DNA of 24,000 nt, from positions 24,736 through 48,735 of the forward strand of contig JBHLPQ010000005.1 in the NCBI GenBank assembly GCA_048939265.1, given 5' to 3'. The stretch is from Promethearchaeota archaeon. Its GTDB lineage: Archaea; Asgardarchaeota; Heimdallarchaeia; Hodarchaeales; Hodarchaeaceae. The notes beneath the pieces were generated by a model. The model saw only the letters and a program-made list of their open reading frames with translations. It did no database searches and had not been told where the DNA came from. Positions 1 through 8,470 of this stretch are shown here, one piece after another (position 1 is the stretch's first letter; each line of letters begins with the position of its first letter). The position numbers were made by a program, and so were the translations under genes.

Positions 1-1
1 A

Positions 2-406
2 ATAGTGGATACACCTGGAATATTAGATCGGACTTTAGAAGAAAGAAATGAGATTGAATTACAGGCAATCGCAGCTTTGAAGACTTTAGCAACGGCTATC
101 GTATTTATATTTGATTTTACTCAAATAGATTCAATTATTTCCCAAAAAAATCTATTTAATCAGATTAATCAGAATTTCCAAGAGGTACCTACATTATTAA
201 TATGTAGTAAAGCAGACCTGTTTTCTGAGAATCAAAAAGCGGAACTTAAAATCTTCTTAGAACAAAACTTCGCACGATCTGGTTTTCAAATCTTGTCTAT
301 GAACGACAAGGAGGGAATTAAAAAGCTTCTGTTCGATTTTTATGAAGAATATCATTCTCAAATCCAAAAAATCATGAACAAGAGAAAGGTTGGAGAAAGT
401 AAATGA
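2..406 (+). CDS. NOG1/Obg-class GTP-binding protein, C-terminal part (5' end lies outside the window)
   Basis: The reading frame is open from the window edge. It shows a G3 motif DTPGILDR followed by ERNEIELQAIAAL, typical of NOG1-family GTPases, and a G4-like motif CSKAD. The GTG at position 5 used by the ORF track is probably internal. The stop overlaps the next gene's start (ATGA at 403-406). Confidence 0.7.
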   Translation: MVDTPGILDRTLEERNEIELQAIAALKTLATAIVFIFDFTQIDSIISQKNLFNQINQNFQEVPTLLICSKADLFSENQKAELKIFLEQNFARSGFQILSMNDKEGIKKLLFDFYEEYHSQIQKIMNKRKVGESK

Positions 407-1239
407 AGAGGTATGCGATTTGTTTGGGTTATTTACCTACACTTGACTATTCAGGATTCAGTAATCAATTACATGACCCTCAAAACATCTACACGATTGT
501 TTTCTCGGCATTTAAAAGAGCTCGATTAATCAATCTCAAGTTAGATCAACAAATACATTATTCAAGTCGTACTGATCGTGGTGTAGGAGCACTTAACCAA
601 GTTATAGCATTAAACGCTGAAAAAACGCCAATTCTATCTGAAATAAATTCATACCTCCCTGATTCAATTCGAGCATTAAGTTTCACTAATGTAAGTTCAA
701 AATTTCATCCGAGACGAGATGCACAATTACGGACTTATTCATACTTTTTAACTGTTGATGGCGATTTTAATCTCGCCCTCGCCCGTAAGGTTTTAAAAAT
801 GCTAGTAGGACGTCATGATTTTCATAATTTTGCCAAAAGAGATCCAACAAAAGAAATTAACACTGTGAAAAATCTAGAAACAGCTGATATTTCCATTGTT
901 GGTGAAGATATCTATCAAATTCGATTGTCCTCTAAATCTTTCCTCTGGCAACAAATACGGCGAATAGTTAATCATGTAATTGAAGTGTCGACAGGCATAT
1001 ACAGTTTAGAATACACCCGTCAATTACTAAGTCCAAAACCCGCAAAAATTAAACCGACTCCAGCCTCACCAGAAAATCTTATCTTAGAAGATATTCAATA
1101 TCAAGAGGTCAATTTTTATTATGACCAAAAAGCGCTTCAGTCATTTATTTACATTTTGAAAGAGCAGCTCCTGGTTGCTAAAGCGAAAACAGCGGTATTT
1201 AGTTTCATAAACAATCATTTAAAAGGTAAACTAGATTGA
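403..1239 (+). CDS. truA: tRNA pseudouridine synthase A (Psi38-40), TruA family
   Basis: It carries the catalytic-loop motif SRTDRGVGALNQV (RTDxGV with the catalytic Asp), a later GRHDFHNF motif and FLWQQIRRIV. At 278 aa it matches archaeal TruA in length. It has a 4-nt ATGA overlap with the upstream GTPase gene. Confidence 0.85.
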   Translation: MKRYAICLGYLPTLDYSGFSNQLHDPQNIYTIVFSAFKRARLINLKLDQQIHYSSRTDRGVGALNQVIALNAEKTPILSEINSYLPDSIRALSFTNVSSKFHPRRDAQLRTYSYFLTVDGDFNLALARKVLKMLVGRHDFHNFAKRDPTKEINTVKNLETADISIVGEDIYQIRLSSKSFLWQQIRRIVNHVIEVSTGIYSLEYTRQLLSPKPAKIKPTPASPENLILEDIQYQEVNFYYDQKALQSFIYILKEQLLVAKAKTAVFSFINNHLKGKLD

Positions 1240-1273
1240 ATTGATTTCAAAAGTATGTGTTAAAGTTCTTATA

Positions 1274-1552
1274 ATGCGACTCAGAGATGAAACTTGGAGA
1301 TTAAGTAGATTAGGACTGATTAAGGAAGATGAAACGACAAAATACCGCAAGTATTGGAGAATATCATCAAGTAAGGACTCAAAAACTCTGATTCAAGATT
1401 ATTTAAATCAGTATCAGGCAAAAAAGAGAGGAAGAAATGAAATACGGACCAAAGATGTTTATTACGTCCCTATACGCCAGCTTGAGAGATATTTTTTTTG
1501 CTCTGAAGTCAGTTTTTCAAGTTCAATCCCGAGGGCTTCACACTTGAGATAA
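1274..1552 (+). CDS. Hypothetical small protein, weak winged-helix-like segment; doubtful gene
   Basis: The ORF fills the truA-ahcY gap. The segment LSRLGLIKEDETTKYRKYWRIS resembles a recognition-helix-plus-wing of a wHTH. Its last ~90 nt run antisense through the 3' end of ahcY, and I recognise no conserved family motif. Confidence 0.25.
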   Translation: MRLRDETWRLSRLGLIKEDETTKYRKYWRISSSKDSKTLIQDYLNQYQAKKRGRNEIRTKDVYYVPIRQLERYFFCSEVSFSSSIPRASHLR

Positions 1553-2805
1553 GCCACGTCGTTATCGATGTCATCAGGAATTTGGACAACTTTTCCTCCA
1601 AGATCTCCTAACTCTTTTTTATGTTTAACGATATGTTCGCTAGCTAAAGCTTGTAAAGAGAAACTTAAATCCATCACACTTGGTGGATGTCCCTCAGCTG
1701 CAGCTAGATTAATTAATCGTCCTTCTCCTAACAGATTTATCTTCCGTCCATCTTTCAGAGTATACTGTTCAACAAACTGCCGAATCTGGATTTTATTGGT
1801 TGCTAAGGCTTCCAATGCGGGAATGTTAATCTCAACATTGAAGTGACCGGTGTTACAAGTAACTACTCCGTCTTTCATCACTTCAAAGTGTTCTTTACGC
1901 ACCACGTCTTTACATCCTGTTGCTGTGATGATAATATCTGCGATTTGCGCTGCTTCGTGCATGGGCATCACTTCCATTCCATCCATCACTGCCTGGAGTG
2001 CCGCGTGTGGCTCTACTTCGGTTACTATCACTCTGCGTGCCCCCATTCCTTTTGCTCGGGCCGCTACTCCTTTTCCGCAATGACCGTATCCCGCAACCAC
2101 AAAGACCTTCGATGCGATCAGGTCCGCAGTTGCTCTTAGGATCCCATCGATACTGGATTGGCCAGTCCCGTACACATTGTCAAACATATTCTTACAGGGG
2201 GAGGAGTTAGTAGCCATAATAGGGTATAGTAGAGCTCCGTCATCTGCCATGGCTTGGAGACGAATGATTCCTGTAGTGGTTTCCTCTGCTCCTGCCCAAA
2301 CTCCATCAATGATATCAGTTACATCACCAATGACCTTTCTAACTATTTCTACTTCCTCATCTGTTTCCCCTCGCTTCAGTTTGTGCAGAATTGAAACTAA
2401 ATCAGCCCCATCATCGATTGTAATATGCGGTCTTGCATTAATGACATGACCAATGGCACGATAATATCCTTCAGTGTTCATAAACTTCCAAGCATATACT
2501 TGGACACCCTTTGAGACAAGGGCCGCAGTGATCTCATCTTGGGACGATAATGGATTTGAAGCACAGAGGAAGACTTCTGCCCCCCCTGCGAGCCATGCTT
2601 CACATAATTGTGATGTTTCTTTGGTAACATGGAGACAGGCTCCAATGCGTACACCTTTAAGTGGTTTTTCTTCTTCAAAACGCTTCTTTATAAGCTGTAG
2701 AACAGGCATTCGACTTGCTGCCCATTCCATGGTTTTTAATCCTTCTTCTTTAAGCGAAAAATCTCTTATTTCGTATGTTTCACCTTTTTCTGTCTGAATT
2801 GCCAA
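1462..2805 (-). CDS. ahcY: Adenosylhomocysteinase (S-adenosyl-L-homocysteine hydrolase)
   Basis: The full-length 447-aa product has an N-terminus YEIRDFSLKEEGLKTMEWAASRMPVL, a NAD-binding GYGHCGKG Rossmann motif and HFNVEI and LLGEGRLINLAAAEGHP segments characteristic of AhcY. The start codon is TTG (caa at 2803-2805), with no in-frame ATG upstream. Confidence 0.95.
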   Translation of the reverse strand: MAIQTEKGETYEIRDFSLKEEGLKTMEWAASRMPVLQLIKKRFEEEKPLKGVRIGACLHVTKETSQLCEAWLAGGAEVFLCASNPLSSQDEITAALVSKGVQVYAWKFMNTEGYYRAIGHVINARPHITIDDGADLVSILHKLKRGETDEEVEIVRKVIGDVTDIIDGVWAGAEETTTGIIRLQAMADDGALLYPIMATNSSPCKNMFDNVYGTGQSSIDGILRATADLIASKVFVVAGYGHCGKGVAARAKGMGARRVIVTEVEPHAALQAVMDGMEVMPMHEAAQIADIIITATGCKDVVRKEHFEVMKDGVVTCNTGHFNVEINIPALEALATNKIQIRQFVEQYTLKDGRKINLLGEGRLINLAAAEGHPPSVMDLSFSLQALASEHIVKHKKELGDLGGKVVQIPDDIDNDVAYLKCEALGIELEKLTSEQKKYLSSWRIGT

Positions 2806-2952
2806 TATGATATCACCATTGGAATTTTTACTGAGGTCGTAACACAGTATAGTACTGATTTTATGAATTTAATAAGCTTTAAATAAAAATAATCGCTATT
2901 ATTTTCTGATGTTCAGACATAATTACTTCGAATTAATAACCGTTGGCTAAGC

Positions 2953-3903
2953 ATGAATCCATCTAATTTTAGAAAGTCTCAAGAACAAGTCTTATTTGGA
3001 TTAACTAAACGTAAAAATCCGTCTTTACGAGGGGTTGCAGAAGAGATAGGAGTATCTTCTTCATGGTTAAGAAAACAGACCCAGAGAATGCGAAAAGAAG
3101 GTATTATCAAATCATGGCAACTCGTACTGAATCCTAGATCTTTACAACAACAAATTTTCTTTTTTCTCTTGAAAACAAATCCAAATGAACCAGAAGTCAT
3201 TACCAAGTTATTGAAAATATCCGAATTGAAGACTGATAGCGAATTAAGCGCGTTAGAGGGAATCACTGGAGATTATTCGTTGATTGGCCGATTTCACTCC
3301 CCAAATGCATCAAAATTTCTAGATTCACTTGATCATTTGTACGAACTAGTTGGAAAAACTGGGTTTCAAAAATTTCAATTGGTTGAAGTTATTAAAGCTT
3401 ATAAAGAACATGGATTGCCCTGTCCAGAACCTAGTAGATTCTTTCAATCTCAAGATGGAGAATATAAAAAAATTAAAAGGATTCAAAAAATCGGAGAAGA
3501 TTCAGAGCTTCCTCTTTCATCTTACCAGATCGCTAAAAAGTTAGGAGTGAGTCAACCAGCCATTTATCGTCAATTAAAGAAATGGAAAGATGAAAAAGTG
3601 ATCATAGGTTATTCTTTATGTTCATCTTATTGGGAAAGTAATTTTTTACACACATATGTTCATGTGAAAGCACCATTAGGAAAATATCATTCTGTAATCG
3701 ATTATTGCCTCAAGAATGATCAAGTTCTACATGTCTATAGAACAAATCAAGAATATTCTTTACTCTTAAAGACCCGTCATTCAACATTATCAGAGCTAAA
3801 TACTTTATTAAAAAACTTATACAAGCACGCTGAAGTTGAGGACACTTTAACACGACTTGTATTGGAACCTTATGATATTTCAGGAATGATTAAAACAAAA
3901 TAA
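2953..3903 (+). CDS. Lrp/AsnC-like transcriptional regulator with two tandem HTH-plus-RAM-like units
   Basis: Unit 1 has an HTH around LRGVAEEIGVSSSWLRKQTQRMRKEGIIKSW followed by a beta-alpha-beta-like segment (IFFFLLKTNP...GDYSLIGRF...). Unit 2 has a second HTH, SSYQIAKKLGVSQPAIYRQLKKWKDEKVIIGY, followed by TYVHVKAP...VYRTNQEYSLLLKTR. The gene is divergent from ahcY. Confidence 0.6.
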   Translation: MNPSNFRKSQEQVLFGLTKRKNPSLRGVAEEIGVSSSWLRKQTQRMRKEGIIKSWQLVLNPRSLQQQIFFFLLKTNPNEPEVITKLLKISELKTDSELSALEGITGDYSLIGRFHSPNASKFLDSLDHLYELVGKTGFQKFQLVEVIKAYKEHGLPCPEPSRFFQSQDGEYKKIKRIQKIGEDSELPLSSYQIAKKLGVSQPAIYRQLKKWKDEKVIIGYSLCSSYWESNFLHTYVHVKAPLGKYHSVIDYCLKNDQVLHVYRTNQEYSLLLKTRHSTLSELNTLLKNLYKHAEVEDTLTRLVLEPYDISGMIKTK

Positions 3904-3911
3904 CAATTTGA

Positions 3912-4679
3912 TCACCCTTTCGAGTCACTTGTTACTTGTAAGTACATAGTAGGACCTAAAATAGTGTACAACAGTGAAATAAAAAGAATGGCACTTAGAG
4001 TTAGGGTATTGGGAAAAATAGCAAAAATCATAACAATTATCCCACAAATTCCTATGGCTACCATATCTGGAGTTTTACCCCTTTTAGGCGTTGGATATTG
4101 TACTGTTAATATCATTAAAACCCCTGTTATCAGTGTAATCAATGTAAGGGGAAAACCATTTGGCCAAAAAACCCAAGACATTTCAGGTTGTGTTGCTAGA
4201 ATTGCACTGGATCCTATCAAGAGTGCAGCTGCAGGGGAAGGGAGACCCTCAAAATAAACGTCTGTAGGTTTTGAGGCAAAACGCATTAATCGTCCCCATC
4301 CACACAAAGAATAAAATCCTGCAACCCCCAGAGCAATAAATAAGTCTATTCCAACAATTTCATTCCCAACTAGAGGTGAATTAAGCAGCATGAAGCCAGG
4401 AAGGATGGCAAAAGTAATGACATCACTAATTGAATCAGAATAAGCTCCTAATACAGAACTGCTTGGAGCCATTTTAGCTATTCTTCCGTCTAAAAAGTCA
4501 AAAATCGCACCAAAAATTAATAACTGCATTGGTAGAAAGGGTAATTCATTTGGATAAAATTTTGAAGCAAAAATTCCAATAACACCACATAATGCATTCA
4601 AACCAGTGAATAAGAAAGCAAGAAGAGTGAATTTATTTAGTGAAGACAAAATTCTCACCGTAAGATGGATCAACTTCAA
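3912..4679 (-). CDS. pssA: CDP-alcohol phosphatidyltransferase, archaetidylserine/phosphatidylserine synthase type
   Basis: It has an exact CDP-alcohol phosphotransferase signature D-G-x2-A-K-x8-G-x3-D-x3-D in DGRIAKMAPSSSVLGAYSDSISD. It is a multi-pass membrane protein sitting directly after psd. The TTG start overlaps the psd stop (TTGA). Confidence 0.85.
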   Translation of the reverse strand: MKLIHLTVRILSSLNKFTLLAFLFTGLNALCGVIGIFASKFYPNELPFLPMQLLIFGAIFDFLDGRIAKMAPSSSVLGAYSDSISDVITFAILPGFMLLNSPLVGNEIVGIDLFIALGVAGFYSLCGWGRLMRFASKPTDVYFEGLPSPAAALLIGSSAILATQPEMSWVFWPNGFPLTLITLITGVLMILTVQYPTPKRGKTPDMVAIGICGIIVMIFAIFPNTLTLSAILFISLLYTILGPTMYLQVTSDSKG

Positions 4680-5317
4680 TTTTCTTTTAATTTAGCAATA
4701 GGAGTTTGGCCTGCGACCATTTTATCTTTTTTATTGACTAAAATATGAAATTTTTCAGCAGGAAAATGGATGTCTACTTCACTCCCATAATATATGATTC
4801 CAAGGCGATCACCTTGTTGAACTTGATTATCCACTGAAAAATAGCACGTACAGTGTCGAGCTATCATCCCAACTATCTGAACAACTAGAAATTTACCTAT
4901 AGAATTTTCAATGCGAATTATTTGACGAGTATTCTCCCTTGTACCACGTTCAATGAAAGAAATGAATGGCCAATACTTACCTTCTTGTCTATCGATTGCA
5001 GTAATATTACCAGAGATGGGACTTCGGGTTACGTGAACATTGAAGAGAGACATCCGAATCCTTATGATTCCTTCTGAAGTATCAACCTCATAAATCGTTC
5101 CATCAGCAGGAGCAAAGATAAATTGGGAATCACGATTTATCTCACGATCAGGGTCTCTGAAGAAAAAGAGATGTCCACATAATCCAATAATTAAAATGGG
5201 GATAAAAATCAATAAGGAAGGGAAAACCATACCATAGAAACCAAAAACTAGAAAAAGTGTAATTATTGATAATGTGGTATTCTCATGCTCCGAAGCTAAA
5301 GGCAGTACAGGTACCAT
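4676..5317 (-). CDS. psd: Phosphatidylserine (archaetidylserine) decarboxylase proenzyme, short archaeal type
   Basis: It has an N-terminal membrane anchor, then FFFRDPDR, APADG, HVTRSPISG and a C-terminal YYGSEVDI segment containing the Gly-Ser self-cleavage/pyruvoyl site. The start lies 3 nt downstream of the atpA stop. Confidence 0.85.
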   Translation of the reverse strand: MVPVLPLASEHENTTLSIITLFLVFGFYGMVFPSLLIFIPILIIGLCGHLFFFRDPDREINRDSQFIFAPADGTIYEVDTSEGIIRIRMSLFNVHVTRSPISGNITAIDRQEGKYWPFISFIERGTRENTRQIIRIENSIGKFLVVQIVGMIARHCTCYFSVDNQVQQGDRLGIIYYGSEVDIHFPAEKFHILVNKKDKMVAGQTPIAKLKEN

Positions 5318-5320
5318 GTA

Positions 5321-7114
5321 TCACGCAATCCCAAAATTACTCGGTTCCATCTCATTTTGAATGAAATTCCGACACTTATCATATAAATTCTCAAATTCTG
5401 TATCAAAAGACCATTTTAGGCTAGCAATTTCAGCTAAAATGGGAAGAGAAGTCATTTTTTCAAGAGATACTCCGGTATAATGGTTTTCACGCATCTTTTT
5501 GTAAAATTGCATGATTATCTTAAGCATCTTGAACTGCTTGTCTAGACTGCAAAAAGAATCATCCGAGTAGGCATTTTGTTGTAGAAAGTCTTCTCGAATC
5601 ATTTTAGCCGCTTGTAAAATAATCTTTTCTGACTCAGGTAAAGCATCAGGGCCAATAAGCTGTACTATCTCTTGTAATTCTTTTTCCTTTTGAAGAAGAG
5701 CCATTGCTTCCTCTCTGTGTTTGTTGAAGTCTGGATCGACTTTTTCATGATACCATTTCGCCAAGGAATCAATATATAGACTATAACTTTCAAGCCATGA
5801 AATTGCTGGGAAGTGTCTCGATCGAGCTAAGGGATAGCTTAATGCCCAAAAGACTCTGACAGTCTTTAATGTGTTTTGAGTTACTGGTTCAGAAAAATCT
5901 CCTCCTCCAGGAGAAACGGCACCTACTGCAGATATGCTAGCTTTATGACCAGAAAGTGTTTCAACTCTCCCTGCTCTTTCATAAAATTCTGCTATTCTAG
6001 AAGCAAGATAAGCGGGGTATCCTTCCTCTCCAGGCATTTCTTCTAAACGACCTGAAATTTCACGGAGAGCTTCGGCCCAACGACTAGTTGAATCGGCCAT
6101 TAATGCAACATCGTAACCCATATCGCGATAGTATTCAGCAATGGTTATACCTAAGTAGATAGATGCTTCTCGCGCAGCAACTGGCATATTTGAAGTATTT
6201 GCTATTAAAACAGTGCGCTGCATTAGTTTTTCTCCTGATCTTGGATCTTCTAGATCTGGAAAATCCTTTAAAACCTCAGCCATTTCGTTTCCACGCTCTC
6301 CACAACCAATATACACGACAACTGTGGCATCAGACCATTTTGCAAGTTGATGTTGACTAACGGTCTTTCCTGTACCAAATCCTCCTGGGATTGCTGCCAC
6401 TCCTCCTTTTGCTATTGGGAAAAATGTGTCATATATTCGTTGTCCTGTTATTAAGGGAATTCCTGCCTCCAACTTCCGTTTAAATGGACGGGGTTTTCTA
6501 ACTGGCCAAGTTTGTTTCATTGTTAAAGGGAGAGCAAAGGGGAATTGGCCTTCAACATCGATTTGAGCGATTGTTTCAGTTAATGAATACTCCTCAGGGT
6601 CAGCAATAGAAGCTACTTTTGCCACAGCAATTTCTGGAGGTACAATGATTCTATGATTTACCATACGGGATTCTTTCACTTCACCAATGTGCGAACCCCC
6701 TATTATCTGATCTCCTTTTTTCACCAATGGTTCAAAAAACCATTTTTTATCCAAATCTAATGGAGCAGCTGTAAGTCCACGCGTGATGAAATCGCCTTCC
6801 TCCAACTGGAGGGCTGGTAAAGGCCGTTGAATGCCATCATAAATACGAGTTATTAATCCTGGCCCAAGCTCTGCGCTCAGAGGCTTACCTGTTGCAATTG
6901 CTTCTTCCCTAGGTTTTAAACCAGTAGTTTCCTCATAAACTTGTACTGTTGAGATATGACGAGTTCCAGATTGGTTGATTCGAATGATCTCTCCTATTAA
7001 TTGTTCCTCACCAACCTTAACAATCTCATATAATTGTGCACGATTCATGCCACTAATTTCTACTACAGGACCAGAAATTCTAACAATTTTCCCTGTTTGG
7101 AGTGTTGCTGACAC
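5321..7114 (-). CDS. atpA: A/V-type ATP synthase catalytic subunit A
   Basis: The 597-aa product has Walker A PGGFGTGKTV, Walker B VALMADSTSRWAEALREIS, and EMPGEEGYPAYLASRIAEFYERAG. The N-terminal beta-barrel plus the A-subunit-specific insert between it and the P-loop domain are present. The start is GTG (cac at 7112-7114). There is no intein. Confidence 0.95.
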   Translation of the reverse strand: MSATLQTGKIVRISGPVVEISGMNRAQLYEIVKVGEEQLIGEIIRINQSGTRHISTVQVYEETTGLKPREEAIATGKPLSAELGPGLITRIYDGIQRPLPALQLEEGDFITRGLTAAPLDLDKKWFFEPLVKKGDQIIGGSHIGEVKESRMVNHRIIVPPEIAVAKVASIADPEEYSLTETIAQIDVEGQFPFALPLTMKQTWPVRKPRPFKRKLEAGIPLITGQRIYDTFFPIAKGGVAAIPGGFGTGKTVSQHQLAKWSDATVVVYIGCGERGNEMAEVLKDFPDLEDPRSGEKLMQRTVLIANTSNMPVAAREASIYLGITIAEYYRDMGYDVALMADSTSRWAEALREISGRLEEMPGEEGYPAYLASRIAEFYERAGRVETLSGHKASISAVGAVSPGGGDFSEPVTQNTLKTVRVFWALSYPLARSRHFPAISWLESYSLYIDSLAKWYHEKVDPDFNKHREEAMALLQKEKELQEIVQLIGPDALPESEKIILQAAKMIREDFLQQNAYSDDSFCSLDKQFKMLKIIMQFYKKMRENHYTGVSLEKMTSLPILAEIASLKWSFDTEFENLYDKCRNFIQNEMEPSNFGIA

Positions 7115-7561
7115 AATAGAATCCTTCTAATTTAATTTTATCTAACTAGTAAATTTCTGATATGAATACTTAGGGACTAGGAGCTGTTCTAACGAAAAAG
7201 ATTGATACAAACATTATCAAAGGAATAAAAAGTCATATATTAAATTAATTACTACATTTCAACGATTAAGGATTAAGTTTGGGATTTTGAGAAAAAGGAT
7301 TCGGTCAAACAGAAACCCAATCTTCAAATTATCTTCGACCATACGTCCTTTAGTTATTATATCTTCCATGATCTTAGTAGACAAAGGTACAAATATGCAA
7401 TAAAGAGAAAATCATAACATAAACACCAAGATATAGACTCAAAATTGAATATATAAGGATAAAAAGCCTTTTAAGACTCGGTTTTATCCCCAAAAGAAAT
7501 CATTTTATTTAAGAAAAAATAGGGTAATTTGGATAACTTCTCTCCTGTGGTGATCCTCGAA

Positions 7562-8146
7562 ATGACGACTAATGAAATAGATATATCTCCAGAATCACTT
7601 AAAAAAGTAGTAAAAAAGATTAAGATAGAAGAAGATCTGAAAAAATTGGAGAAAAAGAAAGAAAAGCTTAAAATTCGTGCTGAAATCGAAGAATCAGATT
7701 TCAGTGAAGAAATAAATGAGCTTGATCTGAAAATCGCAGAATTAATTAAAGAAAAAGAGCAATACGGCACATTAGAGCATCCGTTATTTGATCTGGTAAA
7801 GAAACAGAAAATCTTACAAGAACGTATTAAGAAATTAGAGGATAAAAGGCCCACAATTCAAAACTCAGTATATGAATCTCTTAAGAATGAATATTTGGGA
7901 GAAAAAGAAGCAGTAACACAACAAATTGATCAGGTTATAGATCAATTAAAAGAATTAAATCGAGGAGCTTCGAAAGGTGCTCAATCCCTAAAATATAGTA
8001 TCGAAGAACTTACTGTCCGAAAAGAGATAGAAGAAATTCCAGAAGATGTATTCAATCAGAGGATTTCGGATTTGAAGAATGAGCTAACACAATCAGAGGA
8101 ATTACTGTCAGCCACAAAGTTCCTACTAGAAATGGTGAAAGAATAA
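7562..8146 (+). CDS. Hypothetical coiled-coil protein
   Basis: The 194-aa product from the first ATG is Lys/Glu-rich with heptad-like periodicity throughout (KKLEKKKEKLKIRAEIEE..., LKNELTQSEELL). I recognise no catalytic motif. The ORF track starts it at a TTG at 7529, and I prefer the ATG at 7562. Confidence 0.5.
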   Translation: MTTNEIDISPESLKKVVKKIKIEEDLKKLEKKKEKLKIRAEIEESDFSEEINELDLKIAELIKEKEQYGTLEHPLFDLVKKQKILQERIKKLEDKRPTIQNSVYESLKNEYLGEKEAVTQQIDQVIDQLKELNRGASKGAQSLKYSIEELTVRKEIEEIPEDVFNQRISDLKNELTQSEELLSATKFLLEMVKE

Positions 8147-8470
8147 TTGACTTCAGAATTCACAATCCGATTAAAAGAAGCAGAAGAATTAGTTGAGAAT
8201 AGTTGTGTTAAAAAATATTTAATCCGTTTGAAAAGTACCGAACACGTAGAACGATGGGTTGTTGTCGGAAACACACGAAATTACTTAATTATGGTGAATC
8301 CTTATTGGTGTCGCTGTTATGATTTTCAACATAGTGTATTGAATAACCGTGTTCCTCAATGCAAACACAACTTAGCTGTTCAAATCGCACTTCGTGACAA
8401 AAAATATGATACTTATTATCTAAATAAGGAAGAATATGATTTAATTCGTTCAGAATTCTTATTAACTTAA
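8147..8470 (+). CDS. SWIM-type zinc-finger protein
   Basis: It carries a CxCx(n)CxH signature: C-R-C-YDFQHSVLNNRVPQ-C-K-H, followed by NLAVQIAL. The TTG start immediately abuts the TAA stop of the coiled-coil gene (TAATTG), suggesting coupled translation. There is no in-frame ATG before residue ~49. Confidence 0.6.
   Translation: MTSEFTIRLKEAEELVENSCVKKYLIRLKSTEHVERWVVVGNTRNYLIMVNPYWCRCYDFQHSVLNNRVPQCKHNLAVQIALRDKKYDTYYLNKEEYDLIRSEFLLT

Noticed and set aside
1568-2797. Seven plus-strand ORFs and one minus-strand, out-of-frame ORF (62-107 aa) overlapping the ahcY coding region
   Set aside because: All lie inside the strongly supported ahcY gene. Their translations are low-complexity or Cys/Ser/Pro-rich with no recognisable motif. 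They are typical shadow ORFs.
7259-7369. 36-aa minus-strand ORF (MEDIITKGRMVEDNLKIGFLF...) upstream of atpA, considered as a remnant of atpF
   Set aside because: Similarity to the AtpF N-terminus (D-x-D-x3-GF) is limited to a few residues. The downstream 145 nt show stops in all frames and no further AtpF-like sequence. This is too weak to call a pseudogene.
7471-7854. 127-aa minus-strand ORF rich in Ser/Phe
   Set aside because: It is the antisense shadow of the Lys/Glu-rich coiled-coil gene. AAG/GAA repeats read as CTT/TTC on the other strand, and the product is low complexity with no motif.
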